A stretch of DNA of 64,000 nucleotides from an uncultured Acidobacteriota bacterium (GTDB lineage: Bacteria > Acidobacteriota > UBA6911). The notes beneath the pieces are model-generated. The model was not told where the DNA came from, ran no database searches, and saw nothing but the letters and a program-made list of their open reading frames with translations. Within the stretch, counting starts at the first letter, position 1; the number at the start of each line of letters is the position of its first letter. Below are positions 1 through 10,002 of this stretch, one piece after another. The position numbers were made by a program, and so were the translations under genes. The stretch is taken from assembly GCA_963827655.1 (NCBI GenBank), contig CAWHCF010000002.1, positions 160,001 through 224,000 of the forward strand. The letters run 5' to 3'.

Positions 1-6
1 CCTGAT

Positions 7-882
7 GTGGAGGGAATTGCGTGGAGCCCAATCCAGCCCAAACGGATCGAAAGGCCCGAGCCGTTGTTCTTTGTGGATGGAGTTCGCCGGATCGACGCGC
101 GAGTTATCGCCGACGATGATTCCGGTCGCATCGTGCACGGTCTTTTCGGATCAGTGGCTTGTGGAGCTGTTCGCGTTGAACGGGCCAAGGCAGCGTTTGA
201 AGAGGTCCGGATCAGGCGCTACATCGTGCTGGGAAGCGGCTTGATGGCGCAGCCCCAGGTGATGACAGTCGGAAATACCGAGTTAGCCTTTGCTCCTTAC
301 TCTGTTGCTGAAACAAGTCCGACGGCTCCACTGCTGGGGCTGCAAAATCTGATGCGCACCGAGGAGGCGGCCATTGCCCAGGATCATGCCCAGGAAGCCG
401 CCTGCGTTTTTGCCGATGGACCGCTCACTTATTTTGCGGCTGTGAAACAGAGGACGGTCGGAGTGATCAAACGCTTGTTCAAGGCATATCTTCCGGCGAG
501 TAATTTTGCTCTGGTTCCGCGACTGGCCCTGGCCGAAAGAACGCCGCTTTTTGCCATCATCGACGGGTACGACAGGTTCTCCTGGTATCTGCGTATCGGC
601 ATGCCGAGACCCATGGACCACGATGTGGCCGGCGTCTTGCGAATGGAGGTGCGGACCGGCGTGGGGCTGGAAACAGCCGTGGAGCTGGCAAATCTTTCCG
701 CGAGCTGCATGCCGGCATTCGCCGGCGATTCCGCTCGAGATCCACGAGCGCCACAAAACCTCCTGCCCGTTGGAGCGCTGGAGCAGGAATTGAGACACCG
801 GCTCGGGGATGCGATCGCGATCCGCCGCGCCATCGAAAGAGTGCTGTTTGCGCGCACCCTTGAAAAGGAAGCTGAGGCATGA
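7..882 (+). CDS. nurA: NurA-family nuclease (true start may lie upstream of the window)
   Basis: FFVDGVRRID and ADGPL acidic motifs, C-terminal DPRAPQNLLP; stop overlaps the start of the HerA-like ATPase (ATGA). Confidence 0.75.
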   Translation: MEGIAWSPIQPKRIERPEPLFFVDGVRRIDARVIADDDSGRIVHGLFGSVACGAVRVERAKAAFEEVRIRRYIVLGSGLMAQPQVMTVGNTELAFAPYSVAETSPTAPLLGLQNLMRTEEAAIAQDHAQEAACVFADGPLTYFAAVKQRTVGVIKRLFKAYLPASNFALVPRLALAERTPLFAIIDGYDRFSWYLRIGMPRPMDHDVAGVLRMEVRTGVGLETAVELANLSASCMPAFAGDSARDPRAPQNLLPVGALEQELRHRLGDAIAIRRAIERVLFARTLEKEAEA

Positions 883-2495
883 GCATCGAGATTGGACGAG
901 TACTCGGGACTGAGGACGCGCAACCCCTGGACTTCTGGATTGCGGTCGATCCGAATCAGGTGGTTCAGCTGGACGATGTCGTATTCGTCAGCCGCGAATT
1001 GCCGGATGGCCAGAAGGTGTTTCTGTACGGAATCGTCGACATTGTCCGGGCACGTCATGAGGGAGCGCGTTTCGAGACCGACGTCTTCCTGTCCGAGCAG
1101 GGCATCTTTCCTTTGGGACGTTCAATCGTGGCCCATGTTTCAGTCACACGCGTCGAGCCGGAGATATTCGTTCCTCCTCTTCCGGGTCAAGCCGCATGGC
1201 GCGCAGCCGGGGTGGATCGCGACCAGGCCCTGTTCTTCGATTCCATGGAGAAGAAATTCGCCCTGGGTTTGTCCAGGGACGGAGAAGTCGTGTACGGCAA
1301 TCTGGAATTCCTGGATGGTTCACGGGGCGCGCACGTCAACATTTCAGGCATATCGGGAGTGGCAACCAAGACGAGCTATGCCACCTTCCTCTTGTACGGA
1401 CTATTTCACAGCAATGTCCTGGAAAACGAGGTCACGAACACGCACGCCATCATTTTCAATGTAAAGGGCGAGGACCTCCTGTTCCTCGATAAACCGAATG
1501 TGAAGCGCACCGAGGAAACCGATCAGGCCTATGCAAGACTGGGGCTCGAGCCGGGAGCATTCTCCAGCGTTTCCATTTACGCGCCCGTGAAGCGAGAGCA
1601 GGAAGTCCTCCTCCCCGATACAGGCAGCCGGCAGGAGGGGGTGACGGCGTTCTGCTGGACCATCGAGGAATTCTGCCGCGAGCGGTACCTTCGATTTCTG
1701 TTCGCCGAAGCCGATGATGAATCGAGCCAGCTTTCAGCCGTGATCGATCGGGCTGAAGCCAGCCTGGCCAAGGTCCCGGAGGCGCTGGACTGCCAGTCGT
1801 TCGATGATCTGGTCGAGTTCATAATCGAGAATGTGAGCGGTTGGACTCCGGCCGCGACCGGCACCCTCGCAGCCTTTGAACGACGCTTGCGCGCCGCCGC
1901 CTTTCGCATGGGACATCTGATTCGCGGGCGCATTCAAATCGAGAAACCTGAAAAGCATCGCATCAACTGGAAAGCCAAACAGGTCACCGTTATCGATATT
2001 CACAATCTGAGCGACCGCGCCAAGCGTTTCGTCGTCGGTGTCGTCTTGCGGCGCATGTTCGAGGATAAGGAGGCGACTGGAACCGCTCGCCCCCTGGTCT
2101 TTGTTGTTCTGGACGAGCTGAACAAATATGCGCCGCGCGAGGGTTGGAGTCCCATTAAAGAAGTCCTGCTGGACATCTCCGAGCGTGGCCGCAGCCTGGG
2201 TGTAATTCTCATCGGCGCAGAGCAGACTGCCAGCGAAATCGAACGGCGTGTCGTCGCTAATTGCGCATTCCGCGTGGTCGGCCGTTTGGATCTGGCGGAG
2301 GCCCACCGCGACGAATACCGTTTCCTGACCGAGGCCAGCCGCGCTCGCGCGGGAATATTGAAGCCGGGTTCGGTCATCGTTCATCAACCGGAAATCCCGA
2401 CGCCTCTCCTGTTGAAGTTTCCGTTTCCCACCTGGGCCACACGCGTGAGCGAGGTCTCGAAGAAACAAAAAGGAGATCCGTTTAAAGGATTCTGA
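879..2495 (+). CDS. herA: HerA/FtsK-superfamily ATPase
   Basis: N-terminal HAS-barrel-like region, variant Walker A GISGVATKTS, Walker B VVLDE, arginine-finger ERGRSLG, GAEQ motif. Confidence 0.8.
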   Translation: MSIEIGRVLGTEDAQPLDFWIAVDPNQVVQLDDVVFVSRELPDGQKVFLYGIVDIVRARHEGARFETDVFLSEQGIFPLGRSIVAHVSVTRVEPEIFVPPLPGQAAWRAAGVDRDQALFFDSMEKKFALGLSRDGEVVYGNLEFLDGSRGAHVNISGISGVATKTSYATFLLYGLFHSNVLENEVTNTHAIIFNVKGEDLLFLDKPNVKRTEETDQAYARLGLEPGAFSSVSIYAPVKREQEVLLPDTGSRQEGVTAFCWTIEEFCRERYLRFLFAEADDESSQLSAVIDRAEASLAKVPEALDCQSFDDLVEFIIENVSGWTPAATGTLAAFERRLRAAAFRMGHLIRGRIQIEKPEKHRINWKAKQVTVIDIHNLSDRAKRFVVGVVLRRMFEDKEATGTARPLVFVVLDELNKYAPREGWSPIKEVLLDISERGRSLGVILIGAEQTASEIERRVVANCAFRVVGRLDLAEAHRDEYRFLTEASRARAGILKPGSVIVHQPEIPTPLLLKFPFPTWATRVSEVSKKQKGDPFKGF

Positions 2496-2497
2496 AG

Positions 2498-3648
2498 ATG
2501 AGATTCCTGCACACGTCAGACTGGCACGTCGGCAAGACGCTGAAGGGCCGTTCGCGCGTTGACGAACATGAGAAAGTCCTGACCGAGATCCTGGACATCA
2601 CGCGTCGCGAGAAGGTTGACTGCGTCCTGGTCACCGGTGACATCTTTGACTCGCAGACTCCGCCGCCGGAAGCCGAGCGGCTCGTGTTCAATTTCCTTTC
2701 GGAGTTATGCGGCGCTCGGATTCCTGCGGTCATCATCGGCGGGAATCATGATCACCCGAAAAGACTTCTCGCGGTCCGCGATCTTCTGAAGCGTCTGGAG
2801 ATTTTTGTGCGTCCCGAACCGCTGCGTCCAGAGGCTGGCGGCGTGATTGAGCTTTCAACCGGCGGAGAAACTGCCCGAATCGCGGTGCTTCCGTTTGTGA
2901 CGGTCGGCAAGATCGGCGATGCAGCCAAACTGCTGGAGCCTGAAGCCGACAAATACCAGGAATATGCCGAGCGGATCGGGCTCATGGCTGAGGCGCTCTC
3001 ACAGTCGTTCTCCCCTAAATCGGTAAACATTTTCCTCGCCCACCTCTTCGTCGATGGATCGCTTACCAGCGGCAGCGAGCGTGAGATTCATGTCGCGAAA
3101 CCGTACGCGGTATCGGCGCAGCGATTTCCATCCACGGCACACTACGTCGCATTGGGCCACCTGCATCGACCTCAGGATCTGGCCGCGCCCGCGCCCACCT
3201 GTTACGCCGGATCGCCGCTGCAGCTGGACTTTGGTGAAGAGGGGCAAGTGAAACGAATCGTGATCGTGGATGCGCATCCGGGAAAACCGGCAAGCCTTGC
3301 GAGCCATGCATTGAGCTCGGGGCGCACTCTTCGGAGCATTACCGGAACCATCGAGGAGCTGCAGGCGCAAGCGGGATCCTTCGGCGATGATCTTCTTCGT
3401 GTGACCATCCAGCTGGATAAACCCACACCGGGCATTGCCGATCGTATCCGTGAATTTCTTCCCAACGCGCTTCACGTCAATGTGAATGTGCCCCGGCCGC
3501 CGGACGACGGGCCCAAAGACTGTCATTGACCAACCCGAATGAACTCTTCTCGGCATTCTACAAGTGGCGATACCAGACCGATCCGCCCGAGGCGGTTGCC
3601 CGCCTGTTTCACGACCTGTATGAAAGGGAAGTCAGTGCGACCGATTAG
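2498..3648 (+). CDS. sbcD: SbcD/Mre11 nuclease subunit; frameshift near 3515, C-terminus (LTNPNELFSAFY...EVSATD*) continues in another frame
   Basis: HTSDWHVG, GDIFD, GNHD, AHLF, LGHLH phosphoesterase motifs; alternate frame ends at TAG 3646-3648 overlapping the sbcC start. Confidence 0.88.
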
Positions 3649-6458
3649 CCTGGAGATGGAAGGGTTCACAAGTTTTCGTGAAAGGGCTTCGATAGATTTC
3701 TCCAGTCTGAATCTATTTGCAATTACCGGCCCGACCGGAGCGGGAAAAACCTCCATCATCGATGCGATGACCTATGCCCTCTACGGTTGCACACCGCGAA
3801 TGAGCGAAAAGCAGATAAAGGACGTGATCAGCCAGGGCCGGTCGAGCGCACGCGTGCTGTTCCAATTCTCGTCGGGCAAGGAACAATACCGCATTGCCCG
3901 CGCCGGGAGATGGAACGGACGAAGCATGACTACCGAACTGCGCTTCGAACAGCGTGCCGGCGACGATTGGGTCCTCCTGGCGGACTCGGTCACGAAAGCC
4001 AGGCCGATAGTGGAGCAGATAATCGGGCTCGATTTCAGCGGGTTTACAAAGTCCGTGGTTCTTCCTCAGGGCCGTTTTGATGAGTTCCTCAAAGGAAGAG
4101 CGGACGAACGCCGGCAGATTCTTTCCGATCTGCTCGATCTCGAAATCTATTCACGCATGATGAGACGCGCGAATCAGATTGCCGACGAACACAAGACTCG
4201 AGTGTCTTTTATTGAGGGCCTCTTGAAGAGCGATTTTGCCGAGGCCACGCCCGAGAATCTGGAGCGGGCTCGCCAGCAGTTAACGGAGATTGAGCCGCAG
4301 TTGCAACCGATCGAAGCCCAGCTTAATCGCGTTTCCCAATTTCTGCCGTTGGCGCACGGCCTTCGCCAGGCGCGCGCGGACCTTTCAGCGAGCGACCGCG
4401 AGCTCAAAAGCATCGCGCCCAAACGCAAAGCAGCCGAAGAAGAGCTTCAGCGCATTCGAAACCGCATTCAAGAACTGGAGACGAAGAGTAAGGGCATCGA
4501 TTCCCGACTGAAGTCGAATACCTATGATTCCAAGCTTCATGTACAACTCTCCAGCTCACTCGCCAAGGCACGACAGCTTGAGGAATTGCTTTCACACTAC
4601 GCGGATCTCGACCAGGCAAGAAGGGACAAAGGGGCACAACTTTCACAAGCGAAGAATGAGGCGAAGAAGCTGGAGAATCTCGCGCTGGACGCGAGGAAGG
4701 AATTTCAGGCGGCCCAGAAAGAAGTCGATAAAGAGCGCAAGGCTCTTGCCCGGTTCCGGGAGAAATACGGCTCACCGGAAGCGATCAAATCGGCGGTCGA
4801 GAACTTGAGGCAACTCTCGAAACAAGAAAAGAACCTTCTGAAGCTCCAGTCTGAGTTCAAGGCAACCGAAGACGAGATCAAGAGCATCGCAAAGAAACTG
4901 GCATCTGCGGAAGCGGAGGCTCAGGGTGCGCGAGAAAAGCCGGGACCGTGTGCGCGCGGAACATGACGCGCTTGTGCGAGACCATTCCGCCGAAGCGCTC
5001 AAGCAAGATCTACATCCGGGCGAACCCTGTCCGGTGTGCGAGCAAGCGGTTACCAAACTTCCCAGGCGCAGGAAGCACGCGCCGCTCGAGGAAGCCAAAC
5101 GCCGCCAAACCGAAGCTGAAAAGGCTTGCGCTCTTGCCGAGGCGCGAGTGGCGAACCTTCAAGGTCAATCTGGACCACTCGATCGCGGTCTCAAGACGCA
5201 GAAAGTGCAGATCGCAGAGGCAACAGAGACCGTTCGAGAGTTAACCGAAGGTTTTCGCTCCTTCGCCGGCCGCAAACCGGGTCCGAACGACGAATCTGAA
5301 TTCCTTGACTCAAAGAAAGAATTTGAGGCGGCACAGCGCAAAGCGGACGAATCCAGTCATCATTGCGAGCAACTTAAAGACGCCGATTCCGCGGCTGCCG
5401 CCATGCTCAAGGACCAGCAATACACGACGGGGCTCCTCGAAAAAGAAATCAGTGGAATGGATCGCGAGCTGGGGAAATTACAGAAAGATTGTGAGAGGTT
5501 GGGCGATGAGCTGGGCGAACTGTCTAACCTGAAGAAGGTTCAGGCCGAAGTGGAAAAGCAGGAGCAGGCTCGATCTGAACGAGAACGGTTGAACATCGAA
5601 AGGGACAAGCTTGCCGAAGAATTGTCGCACGCGAAGGACGATTTCGCCGCGGCGCATGGTCAACTGGAGGGTCTTGAAGCCACTCGAAAGAAGGTGGAAG
5701 AAACGATCGTTTCACTGCAGAAGAAGATTCAGAAGGACTCGGAGGCCCTGTCAGCCGAATTTGCCGACCTGGAAAAACCGGCGGGCAATCGCGACGAAGC
5801 CTTTCAGCTCGACGAGCGGGCCCGGCAGCTGCAGTCGCAGCGGGATGACGTGAAGAACCGGATCGTCACCCTGAGGAATCAGATCAAGACGCTGGAAGAT
5901 AAACTTGAACGGGCCGTTACCCTGCGTCAGGAGCTTGAGCAGCACAAAGGAAAGATGGCCGACGCCCGCACACTTGCGAAGGCTCTGCATGGCGATCAAT
6001 TCATCGCCTTCATCCAGCACGAAGCGTATCGCCGGCTGGCAGCCGACGGTTCGGTGCACCTCGAGACGTTAAGCTCCGGCCGGTATTCCTTTACCGTTGA
6101 AAAAGAGGACTTCCAGGTCATCGATCACTGGAATGCCGACGAGCCTCGTCCGGTTACCACGCTCAGCGGCGGTGAGACGTTTCTGGCATCGCTGGCGCTG
6201 GCGCTGGCGCTGGCCGAAGGCTTATCCGGGATGAGCTCGGGCCATACGAAGTTTGCCCTGGAATCACTCTTCCTCGACGAAGGCTTCGGGACGCTCGATT
6301 CCGAGACGCTGGAGACGGTGGTTGCAGGGATCGAGGGATTGAGCGCTGCCGATCGTCTCATTGGCATCATTTCGCACATTCCGGATCTTGCCGAGCGCAT
6401 GCCCACGAGGATCCAGGTCCGGAAGTCCGTAGGCGGAAGTACGATTGAAATTTCCTAG
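3635..6458 (+). CDS. sbcC: SbcC/Rad50 SMC-like ATPase; one frameshift near 4940
   Basis: GTG start VRPISLEMEGF, Walker A GPTGAGKT, Q-loop LPQG, coiled coil with CPVC zinc hook, LSGGE signature, FLDEGFGTLD; split over ORFs 3539..4966 and 4926..6458. Confidence 0.9.
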
Positions 6459-6589
6459 GCGGAAGTAACGGCCACCCGACGATGCCCGCGGGTCGAAGGG
6501 AACCCGCGAAACGGCCATCGAATTCCACCGCAATGATTCAGCGGATCCGACAAAAAAACCCGATCCTTAAACGGAAATCGCGCTAAATT

Positions 6590-8707
6590 ATGACCATGAC
6601 TCGATACCTTGCTTTGCTGCTGCTCGCCGCCGCCGCGTTCCCCAACTCGACCGATTGGCCGTCCTACGGCAACGATCCGGGCGCCATGCGCTATTCGATG
6701 CTGCGGCAGATCCATGCCGGCAACGTGGATCGGCTGAAGCTCGCCTGGACGTTCCGTACCGGCAAGCCGGGCTCGGAGGCCATTCCCATCGTCGTCAACG
6801 GCGTGATGTATGTGACGGCCCCGGATGGCGTGTACGCACTCGTGCCGGAGACTGGCGAGCTGCTCTGGAAATACGACGCCTCGCCCATGCCTCTGCGAGG
6901 ACTGGCGTACTGGCCGGCGTCGGGAGGCCTGAATCCACGCGTGTTCACGGGGAATGGACATTTTCTCCTGGCGCTGGATGTCGTCACCGGAAAGCCCGCG
7001 CCTGAATTCGGGAACGCGGGACGCGTCGATCTGAAGCAGGGTGTACTGGGGGATCTCAAAGACGGGCGGTATGTGCTCCAGTCTCCGCCGGCCGTCTTTG
7101 GCGATGTCATCATTACGGGATGCAGCAACGGCGAGGGTGCCCCCAGCATTGGGGCTTATGGTGACATTCGCGGCTGGGATGCCAGGACGGGCAAGCTGGT
7201 GTGGACTTTTCATACCGTGCCGCGCCCGGGCGAGCCGGGGTCCGAGACGTGGCCTCCCGATGCCTGGAAAAACCGGTCGGGCGCCAATGTGTGGGGCTTC
7301 TTCACGATTGATGCAAAGCGCGGGATCGTCTACGCCCCGCTGGGCTCGCCGACCGACGACTTCTATGGCGCGGATCGGGTTGGCGACAACCTCTATGGGA
7401 ACTCGCTGGTGGCGCTGGATGCGCGCACAGGCGAAAAGAAATGGCACCAGCAGCTGGTCCATCACGACATCTGGGATTACGACCTGGCGGCGCCGCCGGC
7501 CTTGTTCGACATCCGTCGCAATGGGCGTGTCGTTCCGGCCGTTGCCCAGATCACGAAGATGGGTCTGCTGTTCGTGTTCGATCGTGTCACCGGGAAGCCG
7601 GTCTACGGAATGGAAGAACGGCCCGTGCCGCAGACCGAAGTGCCGGGCGAGGCGACCGCCAAGACGCAGCCGTTTCCGGTGAAGCCTCCGCCGCTCGGCA
7701 AGAACACGTTCCGCCTGGAGGAGATGTACGACCGGTCGCCGGAGCACGCGCGTTTTTGCAAGGAGTTGTTTGACACCAATCAAATGAAGATCGGCGGGCC
7801 CTACACGCCGCTGCCGCTCGAAGGCAACGCGCTGTTCTATCCGAGCACGCTGGGCGGAGGAAACTGGGGCGGGGTATCGGTAGATCCTTCGCTCGGTCTT
7901 CTGTTCGTGAATGTGATGCACATCGGGCAGTGGGGGCACATGGCGAAGCGCGGTTCCGGTTACCGGCGCACTTCGGCTTTCGGAGGGTATGCGCGGTTCT
8001 GGAATCCCGAGACGCGCATACCCTGCCAGAACCCGCCCTTTGGGGAGATGATCGCCGTCGACCTTGCGTCGGGGGACATCGCGTGGCGATCTCCGCTGGG
8101 GAGAATCGAGTCTCTCGAGGCGATCGGGGTGCGCGATACGGGGTCTTTGAACCTGGGCGGCAGCATAGCCACCGCGGGCGGTCTCGTGTTCATCGGGGCA
8201 GCCAACGATTCCAGATTCCGCGCGTTCGATTCGAAGGCCGGCAAGCTGCTCTGGGAAGCGCGCCTGGAGGCGAGCGCACACACCAGCCCGATTACGTACA
8301 TGGGGCGTGACGGCAGGCAATACGTGGCGGTGATGGCCGCAGGAGGAGGAGCGTATCTCAGTGGGGGCCTGAGCAATACCCTGGTTGCATTCGCGCTGCC
8401 GGACGTCCACCGCACGCCCTTGCCCGATTCGGTGACCCAGGCGGTGGCGGCCACGGCGGCCGCCCGGGCCGGACTGCCGAAAGTCGGCGCCTATGCGCCG
8501 TTTGTGCTGCCGCCTGGCGGAACGAAGGATCTGGTAACCAAGGCTTGCGGAACAGGTTGTCACTCGGTCGAGGTCGTGACCAGCCAGCGCATGACTGAGA
8601 AGGAATGGGATACGACGGTGCGAGCCATGGTGGCGCGCGGAGCGCCGGCGTCAGACGCGGAGCTAACCGCGATTGTGGAATATCTCGCCAAGACCCTGGG
8701 GCGCTGA
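6590..8707 (+). CDS. PQQ-dependent dehydrogenase (glucose/quinate/shikimate-like) with C-terminal cytochrome c domain
   Basis: Signal peptide, DWPSYG start, Trp-docking propeller repeats, HHDIWDYD motif, C-terminal CGTGCH...WDTTVRAMVARGA. Confidence 0.85.
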   Translation: MTMTRYLALLLLAAAAFPNSTDWPSYGNDPGAMRYSMLRQIHAGNVDRLKLAWTFRTGKPGSEAIPIVVNGVMYVTAPDGVYALVPETGELLWKYDASPMPLRGLAYWPASGGLNPRVFTGNGHFLLALDVVTGKPAPEFGNAGRVDLKQGVLGDLKDGRYVLQSPPAVFGDVIITGCSNGEGAPSIGAYGDIRGWDARTGKLVWTFHTVPRPGEPGSETWPPDAWKNRSGANVWGFFTIDAKRGIVYAPLGSPTDDFYGADRVGDNLYGNSLVALDARTGEKKWHQQLVHHDIWDYDLAAPPALFDIRRNGRVVPAVAQITKMGLLFVFDRVTGKPVYGMEERPVPQTEVPGEATAKTQPFPVKPPPLGKNTFRLEEMYDRSPEHARFCKELFDTNQMKIGGPYTPLPLEGNALFYPSTLGGGNWGGVSVDPSLGLLFVNVMHIGQWGHMAKRGSGYRRTSAFGGYARFWNPETRIPCQNPPFGEMIAVDLASGDIAWRSPLGRIESLEAIGVRDTGSLNLGGSIATAGGLVFIGAANDSRFRAFDSKAGKLLWEARLEASAHTSPITYMGRDGRQYVAVMAAGGGAYLSGGLSNTLVAFALPDVHRTPLPDSVTQAVAATAAARAGLPKVGAYAPFVLPPGGTKDLVTKACGTGCHSVEVVTSQRMTEKEWDTTVRAMVARGAPASDAELTAIVEYLAKTLGR

Positions 8708-8779
8708 CCATTTGTCATTCTTCATTTCGTCATTTGTCACTTTTCATTGAACTCACCGGCGTTCGCGCGCGTCGAGGAG

Positions 8780-9331
8780 ATGAAAGTGCCGGGCGCCATC
8801 CAGATTCGATGTCTGCAGACCATCGGTGATCGCGAGATCCAAGGGTTGAGCGACTTGCTGATCGATTGCGTGGAAGGTGGTGCGTCCGTCAGCTTCATGC
8901 TTCCGATGTCCCGCGCCAAGGCGGAGGCGTTCTGGCGCAGCGCGTCCGAGAGCGTGGCGCGGGGCGAGCGAGTGGTGCTCACCGCTGAAGACGAAGCTGG
9001 AACGATCGTCGGCACCGTTCAGCTCATTCTGGCTCAGCCTGAGAATCAGCCGCATCGCGGGGACCTCGCGAAGATGCTGGTGCATCGACGAGCGCGCCGG
9101 CGGGGCATTGGCGCAGCCCTGCTCGCTGCCGCCGAGCGCAGTGCTCTCGGCGCGGGCAAGACGCTGCTGGTGCTCGACACCGCCTCGGCTGCTGCCGAGC
9201 GCTTGTACGCGCGGCAAGGCTGGCAGCGTTGCGGGCAAATTCCGAACTACGCGCTGATGCCAGACGGCACGCCCTGTGCGACCACGATTTTTTTCAAGTC
9301 ACTGGGTGTTTCCGACATCGACTGTTTCTAG
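8780..9331 (+). CDS. GNAT-family N-acetyltransferase
   Basis: GASVSFM, ENQPHRGDLAKMLVHRRARRRGIG acetyl-CoA motif; GAGGAG RBS before ATG 8780. Confidence 0.85.
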   Translation: MKVPGAIQIRCLQTIGDREIQGLSDLLIDCVEGGASVSFMLPMSRAKAEAFWRSASESVARGERVVLTAEDEAGTIVGTVQLILAQPENQPHRGDLAKMLVHRRARRRGIGAALLAAAERSALGAGKTLLVLDTASAAAERLYARQGWQRCGQIPNYALMPDGTPCATTIFFKSLGVSDIDCF

Positions 9332-9402
9332 CTCGGTTGCAACTCCCATGCCGTCTCCCGACCACGTTGAATCTCCTGCGCTGCAATGCGTAGAATGTCG
9401 TC

Positions 9403-9999
9403 ATGAGCGATGAGATCCAGACGACTGTCTCGCGCCTGGTGCACGAGCTTCAGAACGGCAACCGAGCGGCTCTCGACGAGCTGTTTCCACTGATCTATGA
9501 AGAGCTGCGTGCGCTCGCGCACCGGCACCGGCGTCGGTGGCACGGCGACACCACGCTCAATACCACCGCGCTCGTGCACGAACTCTATTTGAAGCTCGAC
9601 GGCCAGAACAGAATGGGATCGAGCGGCCGCGCGCACTTTTTTGCCGTGGCGTCCAAGGCGATGAGGCATATCCTGAGCAACTATGCCCGTGAGCACAGGG
9701 CGAAGAAGCGCGGAGACGGCGCGACGAGAGTCTCCCTGGATGAGATGACCGTCCTTCCGGAAGAACCGCACACCCAACTTTCCGAGCAGCAGGCCGATAT
9801 GCTTGCGGAGCTCGACGAGGCGCTGCGGCGCTTGGAGCAGGTCGATCAGAGGCGTAGCGAGGTGGTAGAATGCCGGTTCTACGGAGGAATGACCGTCGAA
9901 GAAACGGCGGTTGCGATCGGAATCTCGCCCCGAACCGTCAAACGCGACTGGCAGCTCGCCCAGGCATGGCTGCACCGGGAAATAAAGTCTAACAAGTGA
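9403..9999 (+). CDS. ECF sigma factor (TIGR02999-like, kinase-associated type)
   Basis: LFPLIYEELRALA, TTALVHELYLKL, sigma4 region RFYGGMTVEETA...RTVKRDW. Confidence 0.88.
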   Translation: MSDEIQTTVSRLVHELQNGNRAALDELFPLIYEELRALAHRHRRRWHGDTTLNTTALVHELYLKLDGQNRMGSSGRAHFFAVASKAMRHILSNYAREHRAKKRGDGATRVSLDEMTVLPEEPHTQLSEQQADMLAELDEALRRLEQVDQRRSEVVECRFYGGMTVEETAVAIGISPRTVKRDWQLAQAWLHREIKSNK

Positions 10000-10002
10000 G
10001 CC

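Noticed and set aside
4926-4966. Programmed ribosomal frameshift in sbcC or tnpC
   Set aside because: No slippery heptamer; matches the window-wide pattern of 1-bp indels
6183-6214. CTGGCG tandem repeat in sbcC
   Set aside because: Encodes the conserved SLALALAL helix after the ABC signature
6455-8563. 702-aa antisense ORF over the PQQ dehydrogenase (similar long shadows at 12861..14090, 20063..21814, 42170..43480, 48493..49797)
   Set aside because: Arg/Gly-rich with no motifs; expected shadow frames opposite high-GC genes
8708-8746. Degenerate TCATT repeats (also GGGAGTT x2 at ~44644)
   Set aside because: Too short and low-complexity to support a function
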